The notes below the pieces were generated by a model, which did not search any database, was not told the DNA's origin, and worked only from the letters and a program-made list of their open reading frames with translations. Shown one piece after another: positions 1 through 9,492 of a stretch of 64,000 nucleotides of DNA. The translations under genes and the position numbers were made by a program. Position 1 is the stretch's first letter. Every line of letters begins with the position of its first letter. The stretch comes from Patescibacteria group bacterium UBA924 (GTDB lineage: Bacteria > Patescibacteriota > Microgenomatia > UBA1400 > PJMF01): NCBI GenBank assembly GCA_002293725.1, contig DBDU01000021.1, positions 3,369 to 67,368 of the forward strand, given 5' to 3'.

Positions 1-311
1 ATAGAGCCTTTAGCTAAAACTACAGTTTTAAAGGGATTTCTTTCTTCTATAGCCGTAACTTGATAAGGATATGTAACATCCCTTCCTTCAAGATTATGAA
101 CAGTAAACTTCAGTTCAAACGGAGTATTGAAAGTAACGTCCTTCGGCAGCTCTAGATGATCCTCAAAGTACAACTCCGTAAATCTTTCTGGCCTTGGCAT
201 CACTGCCGACAACAAAATACCTCTTCCTGGAAGGAAGAGTGTCACAGCAACCGCAACCAGGATCCCCACAAAAATATAAAAGAAAACCCACGAGAGAATA
301 CGCTCAGGCAT
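1..311 (-). CDS. Partial membrane-anchored protein, DUF1616-like (runs off window edge; absent from ORF track)
   Basis: Manual translation from ATG 311 is open to the edge: MPERILSWVFFYIFVGILVAVAVTLFLPG...PERFTELYF...FTVHNLEG...YPYQV. It has an N-terminal TM helix, and TACAAT lies 6 nt upstream. Confidence 0.7.
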   Translation of the reverse strand, partial: MPERILSWVFFYIFVGILVAVAVTLFLPGRGILLSAVMPRPERFTELYFEDHLELPKDVTFNTPFELKFTVHNLEGRDVTYPYQVTAIEERNPFKTVVLAKGS

Positions 312-350
312 TGATCTATTGTAACGCATTATTCTTCGTATTCTCGAAAG

Positions 351-1358
351 TTAGAGCACATTTGATCTATCTTTTACCCGTCTATACTGTTCCGGCACAT
401 AACTTTCTACATGAGCAAAAACTTCTTTTTGAAGCATCTGAGCAAAATCAGTTGTACTCAACTCATCAGAAGATCTCTTAAAGATTAGCTGGTGCATGTA
501 AGAAAATCCAATCTCCATGAGATGATGCTGACGTGAGCTACCCCAATTAGTAGTGATGTAGGCTTCAGCAATTCTCAGGGGAATTTTAATATGAGTTAAG
601 CTCAAGAATACCCAAGATATTTCTGCTGCCCTTTGAAAACGAGCGAGCATTTCTTCATCAGCTATTCCTAAATGAAGGATATCTCGTGCTGTTTGTATCC
701 TTTCTCCAATTACTCCCCAGCTGATACTCTTCCTCATTTCTAAGTGATCGCTGTCAGTTATAGCGGGCAAGTCTTTTGCCAGCTGTAGATACGCCTTCAT
801 CGCAACTGCTTCTTTCTGTATAAAAATACGATGTAAGAACTTTACATTTCTTTTTTGAAAAGCATCTAAGACTTCATTCGTGTATACATGTAACGCTCCT
901 CTTTGACGTAACGATCTCCAGGCAGCCAGCATTTGCCGTTCATTTGACAATTGATTGTAACGATCAACTTTGCCTACCATTTCTGGTGGAAAAAGCACTA
1001 CTCTTCGCTGTCCTCGAGCAAGAGCAGGGTAGTGAGTCTTCCAATCAGGCTCAATAGCATTTAAGTGCCTAAAGACTGTCGCTTTAGTCAACTTCAAACG
1101 AGCTGCTATTTCCATCGCAGACAGGTGACCAGTGTCTTTGTACTCTGTTACTTTTTCGGGAGGGAGAAGCTGTAACTGCTGGACTAGTGCAGCTTGAAGT
1201 TCTACAGAGAGCATTTCTGCTTCGTTATACTCGACCAATTCAATGGGTAGATCCTGAATACCCAACTTTGTTAATGCTGTCTTTACTCTAGCTCTGCCCA
1301 CTTTCATCTCTCGCATAAAGGCGAAGAGTGTTTTAGTTCTCGATTCAACAGGTATCAC
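351..1358 (-). CDS. HTH protein with degenerate sigma70 region 1.2/2-like C-terminal half
   Basis: HTH LSAMEIAARLKLTKATVFRHL. AMKAYLQLAKDLPAITDSDHLEMRKSISWG resembles region 1.2, and HIKIPLRIAEAY...HLMEIG resembles region 2. Confidence 0.55.
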   Translation of the reverse strand: MIPVESRTKTLFAFMREMKVGRARVKTALTKLGIQDLPIELVEYNEAEMLSVELQAALVQQLQLLPPEKVTEYKDTGHLSAMEIAARLKLTKATVFRHLNAIEPDWKTHYPALARGQRRVVLFPPEMVGKVDRYNQLSNERQMLAAWRSLRQRGALHVYTNEVLDAFQKRNVKFLHRIFIQKEAVAMKAYLQLAKDLPAITDSDHLEMRKSISWGVIGERIQTARDILHLGIADEEMLARFQRAAEISWVFLSLTHIKIPLRIAEAYITTNWGSSRQHHLMEIGFSYMHQLIFKRSSDELSTTDFAQMLQKEVFAHVESYVPEQYRRVKDRSNVL

Positions 1359-1455
1359 GATAGTTATTTCTCTATGTAATTTAGTATCTAATTCGTATTG
1401 AATTCCAGACTAAAATTACCTATTCTTAGTAAACTGATAGCTTTGAATTAATCCT

Positions 1456-4400
1456 GTGACTATAGATACTTCTTTTACTCCGCTCAGTTGTGTTCGTTCG
1501 TTCATTCTTCGAATATGGTTCAGCTGCATTATAGCTTTTGGCTTATTGGTGGTGTCCGTAGCTCAAGTGCAAGCCGCTACACTTTATTGGGTAGGGAATG
1601 ACGGAGCAAATGCTTCTGTTGCTACTAATTGGATGACTACCAATCCCTCCGGGTGTGGACCTGGAGACTCTCTGACTGCACCTACTAGTGCTGATACCAT
1701 CATTTTTGATGCAGACTGTGATAATGGGGCAACGATAGATACTGGTTTTACGGCAACAGTAAATACGGTTAACGTCAACACAGGATATAGCGGAACAATC
1801 TCTCAAGCCCGAGATCTCTCTATATCAAATACATTCACCACAAGTGGGGGAACGTGGAATGTTGGCAACCATGCTTTCGCCGTAACGGGTGGTTTTAGCA
1901 TGAACACCGGGTCTGTCTTTGTCTCATCAAGTTCTACTGCCAACTTCGCCAACAGCTTCAATGTATTTGGGGGAACATTCACTCATAACTCGGGAACCTT
2001 GAACTTTTCAGGTAGCGGAGGTGCAATTAACTGTAATGGCATCGGACTCAACTTAGTAACTTTTGTTGGACAAACCGGCACGAAAGCAGTTTCTGCTAAC
2101 TGTAACTTACCTTTGGGAACTAATCCGACCATTCCTCAAGCCATTAACTTAACAGGAACTTTAAGCGGATCAGGAACGCTGACTGTCTCAGCAGGAACCT
2201 TTCATGTTATGAATGGTGGAAGTCTTAGTGGCTTTACAGACATTGTTTTGAATGGTGGACTCACTTTGAGTGCCACTACAAGCAATAATAATTTTGACTT
2301 AAGTGCGTTTAACTCCGTCGATCTCAATGGTGGACTAACAGCAAACACCCCAACGAATCCATTTAATAACTCTCTCAAGGCACCTGCTAGTTTTAGTGTC
2401 TCCGGAAACTTCTCACTTAACAGCGGAGTTTCTTACGATGCGAACAACGGCACTCTCATTTTTGATGGAGGCTCTGCCAACTTGTCATGTAACGGTGTGG
2501 TATTTCATGCTGTAAGTTTTACGGGTCAAACGAGTACCAAAACTATTAACAATAACTGTGAACTCCCACTCGGAAATGATCCGGTCATTCCAAATGGCAT
2601 CATCCTCAATGGTGGTCGCTTAACTGGCACCGGTCTACTTACATTCCAGAACTCGCTAACTTATCAGAATGGAGCCTCGTTGGGAGGATTTAGCGGCTTG
2701 GCGGTAAACATCACTTTAACCATGAATGCAGCTACAACCAATACTAGCTTGGACTTAGGAAGCTACTCACCTGTAACCATTGGAAATAGCTTCATCATGA
2801 ATGCACCCACGAATCCGTATACATTGAACTTTACCGCTCCTTCCAACCTCATGGTGGTGGCCACAAACTTCACTATTAATGGCGGTACTTTTACTCATAA
2901 CAATGGAACTCTCCGCTTCACTCATAATGGTTCTGGAACGATTAGTTGCAACAACACACCGTTTCATCTCGTTCAGATAGCGCCAATGGGAAATACCAAA
3001 ACCATTAGTTCTAACTGTACTTTGCCATTAGGTGATAATCCGTCACTGACCTCAAACGCAAACTACAATATTAACGGAAGACTAACTGGCTCCGGTACAT
3101 TAACTATTCCTGGTAACGGGACAACGGTAACCTTTGGGAGTGGCTCTGATTTAGACGGCTTTAGTGCAGTAGTCTTTAATAACAATAATGTGACCATTAA
3201 TGGTGGCACTCTAAACACTGCTGACTTTCCTACTTTCACAATGAGTACTACTCGTAACTTCACGGTTACCACAGGTAACATTACCTTGCCAGATAACGCT
3301 ACCCTAGGAAATGTCATCATTAACGGAGGAGCTTTTACCGCACCTGCAGGTAACCTTTCCGTTTACGGCAACTGGACAAACTCAGGCGGAACTTTTGCTC
3401 ACAACAACGGAACCGTTGTGCTAAGTGGAAATGCGCAAACAGTAAATGGCTCTACGACTTTTTATGGCCTCAATAAAACAGTTACTCCAGCTACAACCCA
3501 ACCATTACTCACTTTTGCTGCAGGTAGTACACAAACCATTGTAGGTCCTTGGACACTGTGGGGAAATGGAGCCACTTTATCTCTACGCTCTTCTATTGAT
3601 GGGACGCAATGGAACATTAATCCTCAAGGCGAAACCACACTTTACAATCTGAGTGTAAAGGATAGTCACAACGTGTCGGCAGAAGATGTTGGAGGTGGTG
3701 GACTTATCGATGACGGAAACAATACAGGGTGGAACTTTGTGGCTCCCACCATTGATAATTTAGGTCCACCCAATAAGGTCGATGGAAGTGTGACTACTGA
3801 ACATCAACCCTCACTGACTTTTACAACTGCAGCCACAGATCCACTTATTCCTTTGCGGTATCGTATTCAAGTTTTTAACAATCCAAGCTTTACTAACCCA
3901 ATCATTGATTATACTTCCGACCTACGCACCCAAGGAAGTCAAACCTTTACCGTCGGTCAAGCTGTAGGAACTGGGAGTTATACTGTTGGTTTCAGTGGCC
4001 AACAGCTTTACTATGACACTTACTACTGGCAGGTACAAAGTATTGATCAAACGAACTCTGCTTCAATTTTTCTGCGTGCCAATGCTGGAAACGTAGCCTT
4101 CCAAGTCATTCCTCAGCAAGGCAACTTTACTCTGAGTACAACACAACCCTCAATTGGCCAAGATTTGACAGTTACGGGACATAGCCTAATCCCCAATCAC
4201 ACCTACTATCTTTTTAATAGCAGTGGTGGACCAGTTAAAAACTATACTGCTACTACATACCAGAGCGAGTCGGCAACTCTTTTTAGTACTACGCAAACTT
4301 TTAATAGTGACGCTGGAAGAGATAACTTTTCGCATGCATTCACTGAGTTCGATAACGTCCTCGTTTTACTACGTTACTATGACGACGTCAGTGCGTCACC

Positions 4401-6897
4401 CCTCTTCAATATCGCCGCAAGCACGATTTCTTTTGTAAACGGGAATGTTACGGCTGAAACAGTGCCTGTTAATAGTGAGGGAACATCGTCGTGGATTGTC
4501 TGGAATCATGTATTTAACAAAAGTACTGGCACCCCAGCTGATGGATGGGCCTTTGAGAAAATTGCTAATAATGTCTACTTCAATCAGCAGGCGAAATACC
4601 CAATGTGGGCTGTGACAACAGATAGCACAGGAGGTTTTCAAAAAACTATTTCGTCACCTCGCACACAAAGCAATCGCAATGATTTGACATTCACCTTTGA
4701 ACTTCTTAATCCAAGTGACAGCAGTCGAGATACGGTAGGAACGATTACACTTCAACCTAACTATCAAAATGCACGAAGTGTAGCCAATATGTTACGGCTT
4801 CACTACATTGATATCAGACCAGAATATCTTGATCAGGGAGGAGGAGGCCTCTTTGCCAACCTTGTCTATAACGACACCTTGGCTAGTAACTTTATAGATT
4901 GGGATAACGGATTTATCGGTGGCATTTTTCATCTCTTTGGCAGAGACGACTTACGTACTGCAACTGCATATCGTTTACGAGAAACAATCCGTCAGGGTGT
5001 TGGTGTTAATAACTTGTACTGCAACTTTATTAGTCAAAATAACTACACAGATTGTGCGTTTGCTGCATGGGTAACGGTAATACCAGTATACGAACAAAAC
5101 CATGATCCACTGCTCAGACAGGCCATGGTCGATATTCTTGATTACACCATGTTGGGGTACAACCCTACCTATAACAACTTTGCACATACCCCTGGAACAG
5201 TCTTTTGGATTGATGCAGCCGGTGGAAAACCCCAGTTCTACTGGTACATGGCAGAGTTACTAGGAGATGACATCTACAAAACACATGCTCGACGAATGAT
5301 CAACTTTATTATTGATACCATGCAGGATTCGCAAGGGTGGTTTAATGGCCGATACAACTTTGCTAACGGCACATTTACCCAGACTTACTGGAGTGGAGCA
5401 CAGGGCTGGGCAGGTGTGGGGCTCTTAGAGTTCCGCGACATCATCAAAAACGATAGTGCTGAACAAGCACTCGTCGATAAGATTAATACGTCGTTAGAAA
5501 AGTTTGCTGATAATATGGCTAGTCGTCCTATTGCTGATCTGGAGGATGACAGCCGTAGACGCTCTTACATCGCATATGCCTTGCTCTGGCTAGCCAACGA
5601 CCCAATTTTTCCAGTAGCTAAGCGTCAAGTTTGGCAACAGCGGGGTGATCAACTTCTGCTTAACGCGTTTCAATCCATGAATGCTTCCACTGCGCAATTA
5701 AATCAATATGGCTTAACTTTCTATAGTAACTTTGCCCAGTCGTTTCCTGACTACTACATGTTAAAACTTCTGCATCAGTTCTATCCAGACACTGAGTTCT
5801 TCCCAAATAGTACAGGACAAACATATACATTTAGTGATCCAACGAGAAACCATAGTATTTATCAAGCCTATGTAACGAGTTCCACTTCCATTGATTGGGT
5901 TCCTAGCTCAACATTCGGGATGAATGCCCAGGTGGAGCAGACACGTTTTGTGGGGAGTTCACAACCAGACCAAATCATTAAGTTTGAAAAACGAGATATG
6001 ACTGTTACTCCAAATCTAGGAGATGTGGGAGTTACTGTTCTTCAGTGGCAAGAAAACCTTCGCGAATGGCGGATGACTAGTAGCGGCAACCCGTACCCAA
6101 GAGCAGTCATCTCTTTTAGTGGCTTAAAGGCAAATACTTACTATCAATTCAATAGAGGAAACCAAGTTCTACAGTTACTTCCTACTGATAGTGATGGAAC
6201 ACTCACTTTTTCCTACGTTGGGGGAAATTATGATGATATCTTTTCGTTAACCGAAGGGAGTCCACCTCCACCAACTGACACACCATCACTGCCTGCCGCT
6301 CCAGGATGCTCAGCAGAAAGACCAACATCAGCACCTGATCTTTTCCAGATCAATGCGCAGTCAAACAGCGTTCGTCTATTCTTTACTCCTATCACAAATA
6401 ATCGTTCCTACTACTCTGTCAGCTACGGGACCAGTTCTGATCAGCCAGAATACGGTGTTGAGTTTAGTAATGATCAAGATGGAGTTATCAGCGTAGACAT
6501 TCTTGACTTGAAACCGAATACCACCTACTACTTCAAAGTTAGAGCTGGAAATGGCTGCATGCCGGGAGACTGGTCAAATGAACTAGCAGTCAAAACGGGC
6601 CAGCGAGTACCTAGTTTTAAACTCCTTTCACTTCCTAAAGTTTTCACTCAACTCAATCAATGGTCCGACAAAACGGTAACACTCACAACTCACGCCAGTA
6701 CCAGTGATTCAGATACTACTCTCCCCGTTATTACTGACTTAACCACTGAGTCAACCAACAATGACTCTCCTACACAAGAAACAACTTTTGAAACAGATCG
6801 AAATCCTCAAAGGTCACCTAACTTCTTCCAACGTATTGGGGAGTTTTTTAGACACATCTTTCAACAAGTAACACAACCATTTGCTCCTGCCCAATGA
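1456..6897 (+). CDS. Large secreted/surface protein with Gly/Asn/Thr-rich repeats, GH105/GH88-like domain and FN3 domain
   Basis: 1813-aa ORF with a signal peptide ending VQA-ATLYW, 152-aa repeats, FWIDA and YWSGAQGW motifs, and the FN3 signature LKPNTTYYFKVRAGNGC...WS. Start codon uncertain. Confidence 0.8.
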   Translation: MTIDTSFTPLSCVRSFILRIWFSCIIAFGLLVVSVAQVQAATLYWVGNDGANASVATNWMTTNPSGCGPGDSLTAPTSADTIIFDADCDNGATIDTGFTATVNTVNVNTGYSGTISQARDLSISNTFTTSGGTWNVGNHAFAVTGGFSMNTGSVFVSSSSTANFANSFNVFGGTFTHNSGTLNFSGSGGAINCNGIGLNLVTFVGQTGTKAVSANCNLPLGTNPTIPQAINLTGTLSGSGTLTVSAGTFHVMNGGSLSGFTDIVLNGGLTLSATTSNNNFDLSAFNSVDLNGGLTANTPTNPFNNSLKAPASFSVSGNFSLNSGVSYDANNGTLIFDGGSANLSCNGVVFHAVSFTGQTSTKTINNNCELPLGNDPVIPNGIILNGGRLTGTGLLTFQNSLTYQNGASLGGFSGLAVNITLTMNAATTNTSLDLGSYSPVTIGNSFIMNAPTNPYTLNFTAPSNLMVVATNFTINGGTFTHNNGTLRFTHNGSGTISCNNTPFHLVQIAPMGNTKTISSNCTLPLGDNPSLTSNANYNINGRLTGSGTLTIPGNGTTVTFGSGSDLDGFSAVVFNNNNVTINGGTLNTADFPTFTMSTTRNFTVTTGNITLPDNATLGNVIINGGAFTAPAGNLSVYGNWTNSGGTFAHNNGTVVLSGNAQTVNGSTTFYGLNKTVTPATTQPLLTFAAGSTQTIVGPWTLWGNGATLSLRSSIDGTQWNINPQGETTLYNLSVKDSHNVSAEDVGGGGLIDDGNNTGWNFVAPTIDNLGPPNKVDGSVTTEHQPSLTFTTAATDPLIPLRYRIQVFNNPSFTNPIIDYTSDLRTQGSQTFTVGQAVGTGSYTVGFSGQQLYYDTYYWQVQSIDQTNSASIFLRANAGNVAFQVIPQQGNFTLSTTQPSIGQDLTVTGHSLIPNHTYYLFNSSGGPVKNYTATTYQSESATLFSTTQTFNSDAGRDNFSHAFTEFDNVLVLLRYYDDVSASPLFNIAASTISFVNGNVTAETVPVNSEGTSSWIVWNHVFNKSTGTPADGWAFEKIANNVYFNQQAKYPMWAVTTDSTGGFQKTISSPRTQSNRNDLTFTFELLNPSDSSRDTVGTITLQPNYQNARSVANMLRLHYIDIRPEYLDQGGGGLFANLVYNDTLASNFIDWDNGFIGGIFHLFGRDDLRTATAYRLRETIRQGVGVNNLYCNFISQNNYTDCAFAAWVTVIPVYEQNHDPLLRQAMVDILDYTMLGYNPTYNNFAHTPGTVFWIDAAGGKPQFYWYMAELLGDDIYKTHARRMINFIIDTMQDSQGWFNGRYNFANGTFTQTYWSGAQGWAGVGLLEFRDIIKNDSAEQALVDKINTSLEKFADNMASRPIADLEDDSRRRSYIAYALLWLANDPIFPVAKRQVWQQRGDQLLLNAFQSMNASTAQLNQYGLTFYSNFAQSFPDYYMLKLLHQFYPDTEFFPNSTGQTYTFSDPTRNHSIYQAYVTSSTSIDWVPSSTFGMNAQVEQTRFVGSSQPDQIIKFEKRDMTVTPNLGDVGVTVLQWQENLREWRMTSSGNPYPRAVISFSGLKANTYYQFNRGNQVLQLLPTDSDGTLTFSYVGGNYDDIFSLTEGSPPPPTDTPSLPAAPGCSAERPTSAPDLFQINAQSNSVRLFFTPITNNRSYYSVSYGTSSDQPEYGVEFSNDQDGVISVDILDLKPNTTYYFKVRAGNGCMPGDWSNELAVKTGQRVPSFKLLSLPKVFTQLNQWSDKTVTLTTHASTSDSDTTLPVITDLTTESTNNDSPTQETTFETDRNPQRSPNFFQRIGEFFRHIFQQVTQPFAPAQ
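1969..3420 (+). repeat. Protein-level tandem repeats, 152-aa period
   Basis: GGTFTHNSGT at 1969, GVSYDANNGT at 2425 and GGTFTHNNGT at 2881 (456-nt spacing), each followed by CN...TK....NCxLPLG. A partial fourth copy starts at 3385. Confidence 0.8.
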
Positions 6898-6934
6898 GCA
6901 GTATCGCTATCAGCAAAAGTGAAGTTACACAAGC

Positions 6935-7906
6935 TTACTCTTCCGGAAAGTAACGTCTTCTTATTCTTTCAATGACTCGGTTCAAGGTATTGCGAAGCCG
7001 GGCAGTCTCAACACCGGCGAGCTCAGCAGCTTCTTTAAAGTCAACCTCTCCGGGTGCTAACAGCTGGGCGATAGCTTGTCTCACTTTAAAATGAACATGA
7101 GGCTTCTGCATTGACTCTTCCAAGAAACCCAGGGCTTGATATCCCAGCATCAACTCATCTAACTCTTCGCGGCTGACAACAGAGTCAGGCACATCTTCAC
7201 TCATTGTTTCCCACGACTCCGTGTTTACCAAGTCAAATGTCTGTTTGAGTTTTCGAGCCGTTGCAGCAGCCTGGCGTGTGACCCGATACAGCTCTCCCAT
7301 TCTAAGAGAAGGGAAGTAGCTATGAAGCTGTGCTCGCGTCTCCGAACGTTTATCGTAGTCATACCACGAGCCCAAAATACTAAGTACCGCTTTGCGATCC
7401 TCCACAGAAAGTGAAAGTTGTGCATGGCTCTCCAGTCGCTGAACCGCAATAATCGGAAAGATCTCCATTGCCATTGGAAACTCCGCGTCCTCAGGTTTGG
7501 CTTCATTGACTTCAGCGACGGCACTTTCCATAAGGGCAATCGAAGCCAACGACATGTCTCCGATCCCATGAGCGTGCGCAGTGTATTCAGCAAAAGCTGC
7601 GGATGCTAACCGTCGTAGAAGGGGAGGGAGAGAGTCAGTGCTAAGCTCGGTGGGTTGCACGTCAGGACTAAGCAAGAAAGCGTACACTTTGGCCGTGGCT
7701 TCTTGAGCTAAATCAGGCACAGAGTCTGCTCCCATGCCGTGTTTGTCTGCATACTGCAAGGCATATCTTTCCAAAGTAGGACGATAGGCAAGAATAAACT
7801 GATCTACTGCAGCTTGAACTTCCGGTTGAGATGCCTCAGGTTGGCGATGCGCTGCAATCACGTCCGCCAGTAAAGGAATGTGAGGAAAACGATGTCTTTC
7901 TGTCAT
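6935..7906 (-). CDS. Divergent sigma70-family-like protein (regions 2, 3, 4)
   Basis: QFILAYRPTLERYALQY...DLAQEA is region 2-like, FPMAMEI is region 3-like, and KEAAELAGVETARLRNTLNRVIERIR is a region 4 HTH. Confidence 0.6.
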   Translation of the reverse strand: MTERHRFPHIPLLADVIAAHRQPEASQPEVQAAVDQFILAYRPTLERYALQYADKHGMGADSVPDLAQEATAKVYAFLLSPDVQPTELSTDSLPPLLRRLASAAFAEYTAHAHGIGDMSLASIALMESAVAEVNEAKPEDAEFPMAMEIFPIIAVQRLESHAQLSLSVEDRKAVLSILGSWYDYDKRSETRAQLHSYFPSLRMGELYRVTRQAAATARKLKQTFDLVNTESWETMSEDVPDSVVSREELDELMLGYQALGFLEESMQKPHVHFKVRQAIAQLLAPGEVDFKEAAELAGVETARLRNTLNRVIERIRRRYFPEE

Positions 7907-8024
7907 AAAAGTTGAGCGGATACGGCACCCTCCCGGTATTAGCCATGCGTTTAGTCAAACAAAGTCTTCTATCTCTTAATGTCGCTTGGCGGCAGAATCG
8001 AAAGTGTCCGTTTCGAATGTATCA

Positions 8025-8061
8025 CTCAGAAAAATATGGCCCTCCGGCCAATTTTTCTGAG
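8025..8061 (-). terminator. Hairpin/terminator after tRNA-Gly
   Basis: Inverted repeat CTCAGAAAAAT-A-TGGCC / GGCCA-ATTTTTCTGAG. Confidence 0.55.
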
Positions 8062-8130
8062 CGGGATACGGGAATCGAACCCGCTTCTCATCCTTGGGAA
8101 GGATGCATACTACCAGTGTACTAATCCCGC
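8060..8130 (-). tRNA. tRNA-Gly(CCC)
   Basis: Acceptor GCGGGAT/ATCCCGC, anticodon arm CATCC-TTCCCAA-GGATG, T-loop GGTTCGATTCC. Confidence 0.95.
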
Positions 8131-8231
8131 ACGTGGTAACGCCTGCGAGTATACAAAACTTTGGCTGGTTTTGTCGAACAAACTTGACTACTTCTCGCTG
8201 TTTTGCTTTTTCTGTACACTAAGTAAGCGAG

Positions 8232-9488
8232 ATGCAAGCCCAGAAAACCAACACCTTGCCAATTCCTACCTATATGATTGCACTGCTGTTTTACGCAGTC
8301 ATTATTTTCTTCGTTCAGCTGTCAGACGGAATCATGTCCTATATTGCTCCGGTCTTTATCGAAGATAAAGTTCAGAATCCGTTGATCATGGGCGCAATTC
8401 TTTCTAGTTCATCAATTTTTGGCATCATCTGTGACGCGCTCTTTCCCAACTTGTTCCGCGCCAAGCGTCATCTTTTTTTCTTGTGGAACACGATTATTAT
8501 TGCCTCGCTCTTCCCGGTCATCTTTTTGTTTTTCCCTCACATCATCCCTAGCTTCATCTTGGCGATGGCGATTTGGGGTGTTTACTTCGAGTTCATGTTG
8601 TTTTCTAACTCGTACTTTATTGAAGCATTTATCTCTATTCAGCGTCACGGGCTAGCCTGGGGAGTCATTAGCACTTTCAGAGCTTTGAGTTTATTTATTG
8701 CTCCCTTAATAGCTCCGTACTTACTGGATAAAGGGAATCACCATCCGTTGATTATGTCGATCATCTTCCTAGCTGTCGGCATGTTGGGGATTTTGATCTT
8801 TAAAAAGTTGTTTCCACACAAAAAACGTGCAGTTATTAATGAAGTCGTCAGCAAACGATATAGCTTTCACAAAGAGCTCGCAATTTGGCGAATTTTATTT
8901 CACAAACTCTGGCCACTCTACATTTTTCTGCTTTCAGCCGTCGTTCTGGAAGCCAGTATGTTCTCCGTTGGCGTGCTGGCCACTGAAGACCTCCGCCAGC
9001 AAAGTGTTTGGGGTGGCTCACTTTTGGCTGCACACGTCTTGCCCAACATTTTTACAGGCTTAATGGTCCAAAAACTGGGCTCTCAACTTGGTAAGAAAAA
9101 GCTGGCTTTTTACGCTGGCGGAATCGGGGGAGTGCTCTTCTTTGTTGCTACACAAATGCCCACACCGATGTTGATGGTTTTAACCGTCTTTGTAGCATCG
9201 TGCTTTACCTCGATCACTTACCCAGCAATTATGGCTGTCATGCAAGACTACGTTAGTCGGTTAGGTAGCTTCGGCAGTGAGATGGTAGGCCTCCAAAACG
9301 CTGCAGGAAGTATGGCGTATATCATCGGCCCCACCTTAGCTGGTGGCCTGAGTTTATTCTTCGGCAACGTACCGACCATCGGCATGATTGGATTACTCTT
9401 CGGGCTAGTCTCTTTGTTGAACGTCTTGATCGTGCCCCGCAAAATTAAGATGCCACAAAAGGCCCTCATTGGACTACCCATTGAGTAG
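8232..9488 (+). CDS. MFS transporter
   Basis: 418 aa, about 12 hydrophobic segments, MFS-like loop and YIIGPTLAG motifs. Confidence 0.85.
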   Translation: MQAQKTNTLPIPTYMIALLFYAVIIFFVQLSDGIMSYIAPVFIEDKVQNPLIMGAILSSSSIFGIICDALFPNLFRAKRHLFFLWNTIIIASLFPVIFLFFPHIIPSFILAMAIWGVYFEFMLFSNSYFIEAFISIQRHGLAWGVISTFRALSLFIAPLIAPYLLDKGNHHPLIMSIIFLAVGMLGILIFKKLFPHKKRAVINEVVSKRYSFHKELAIWRILFHKLWPLYIFLLSAVVLEASMFSVGVLATEDLRQQSVWGGSLLAAHVLPNIFTGLMVQKLGSQLGKKKLAFYAGGIGGVLFFVATQMPTPMLMVLTVFVASCFTSITYPAIMAVMQDYVSRLGSFGSEMVGLQNAAGSMAYIIGPTLAGGLSLFFGNVPTIGMIGLLFGLVSLLNVLIVPRKIKMPQKALIGLPIE

Positions 9489-9492
9489 CGGA

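Noticed and set aside
7913-7925. TGAGCGGATACGG resembling the tRNA-Gly 3' end at 8058-8071 (att-like duplication)
   Set aside because: Only 13 nt with an indel, about 145 bp from the tRNA, and no integrase nearby.
7912-8368. Plus-strand ORFs 7912-8124 and 7979-8368
   Set aside because: They span tRNA-Gly antisense and have no protein features.
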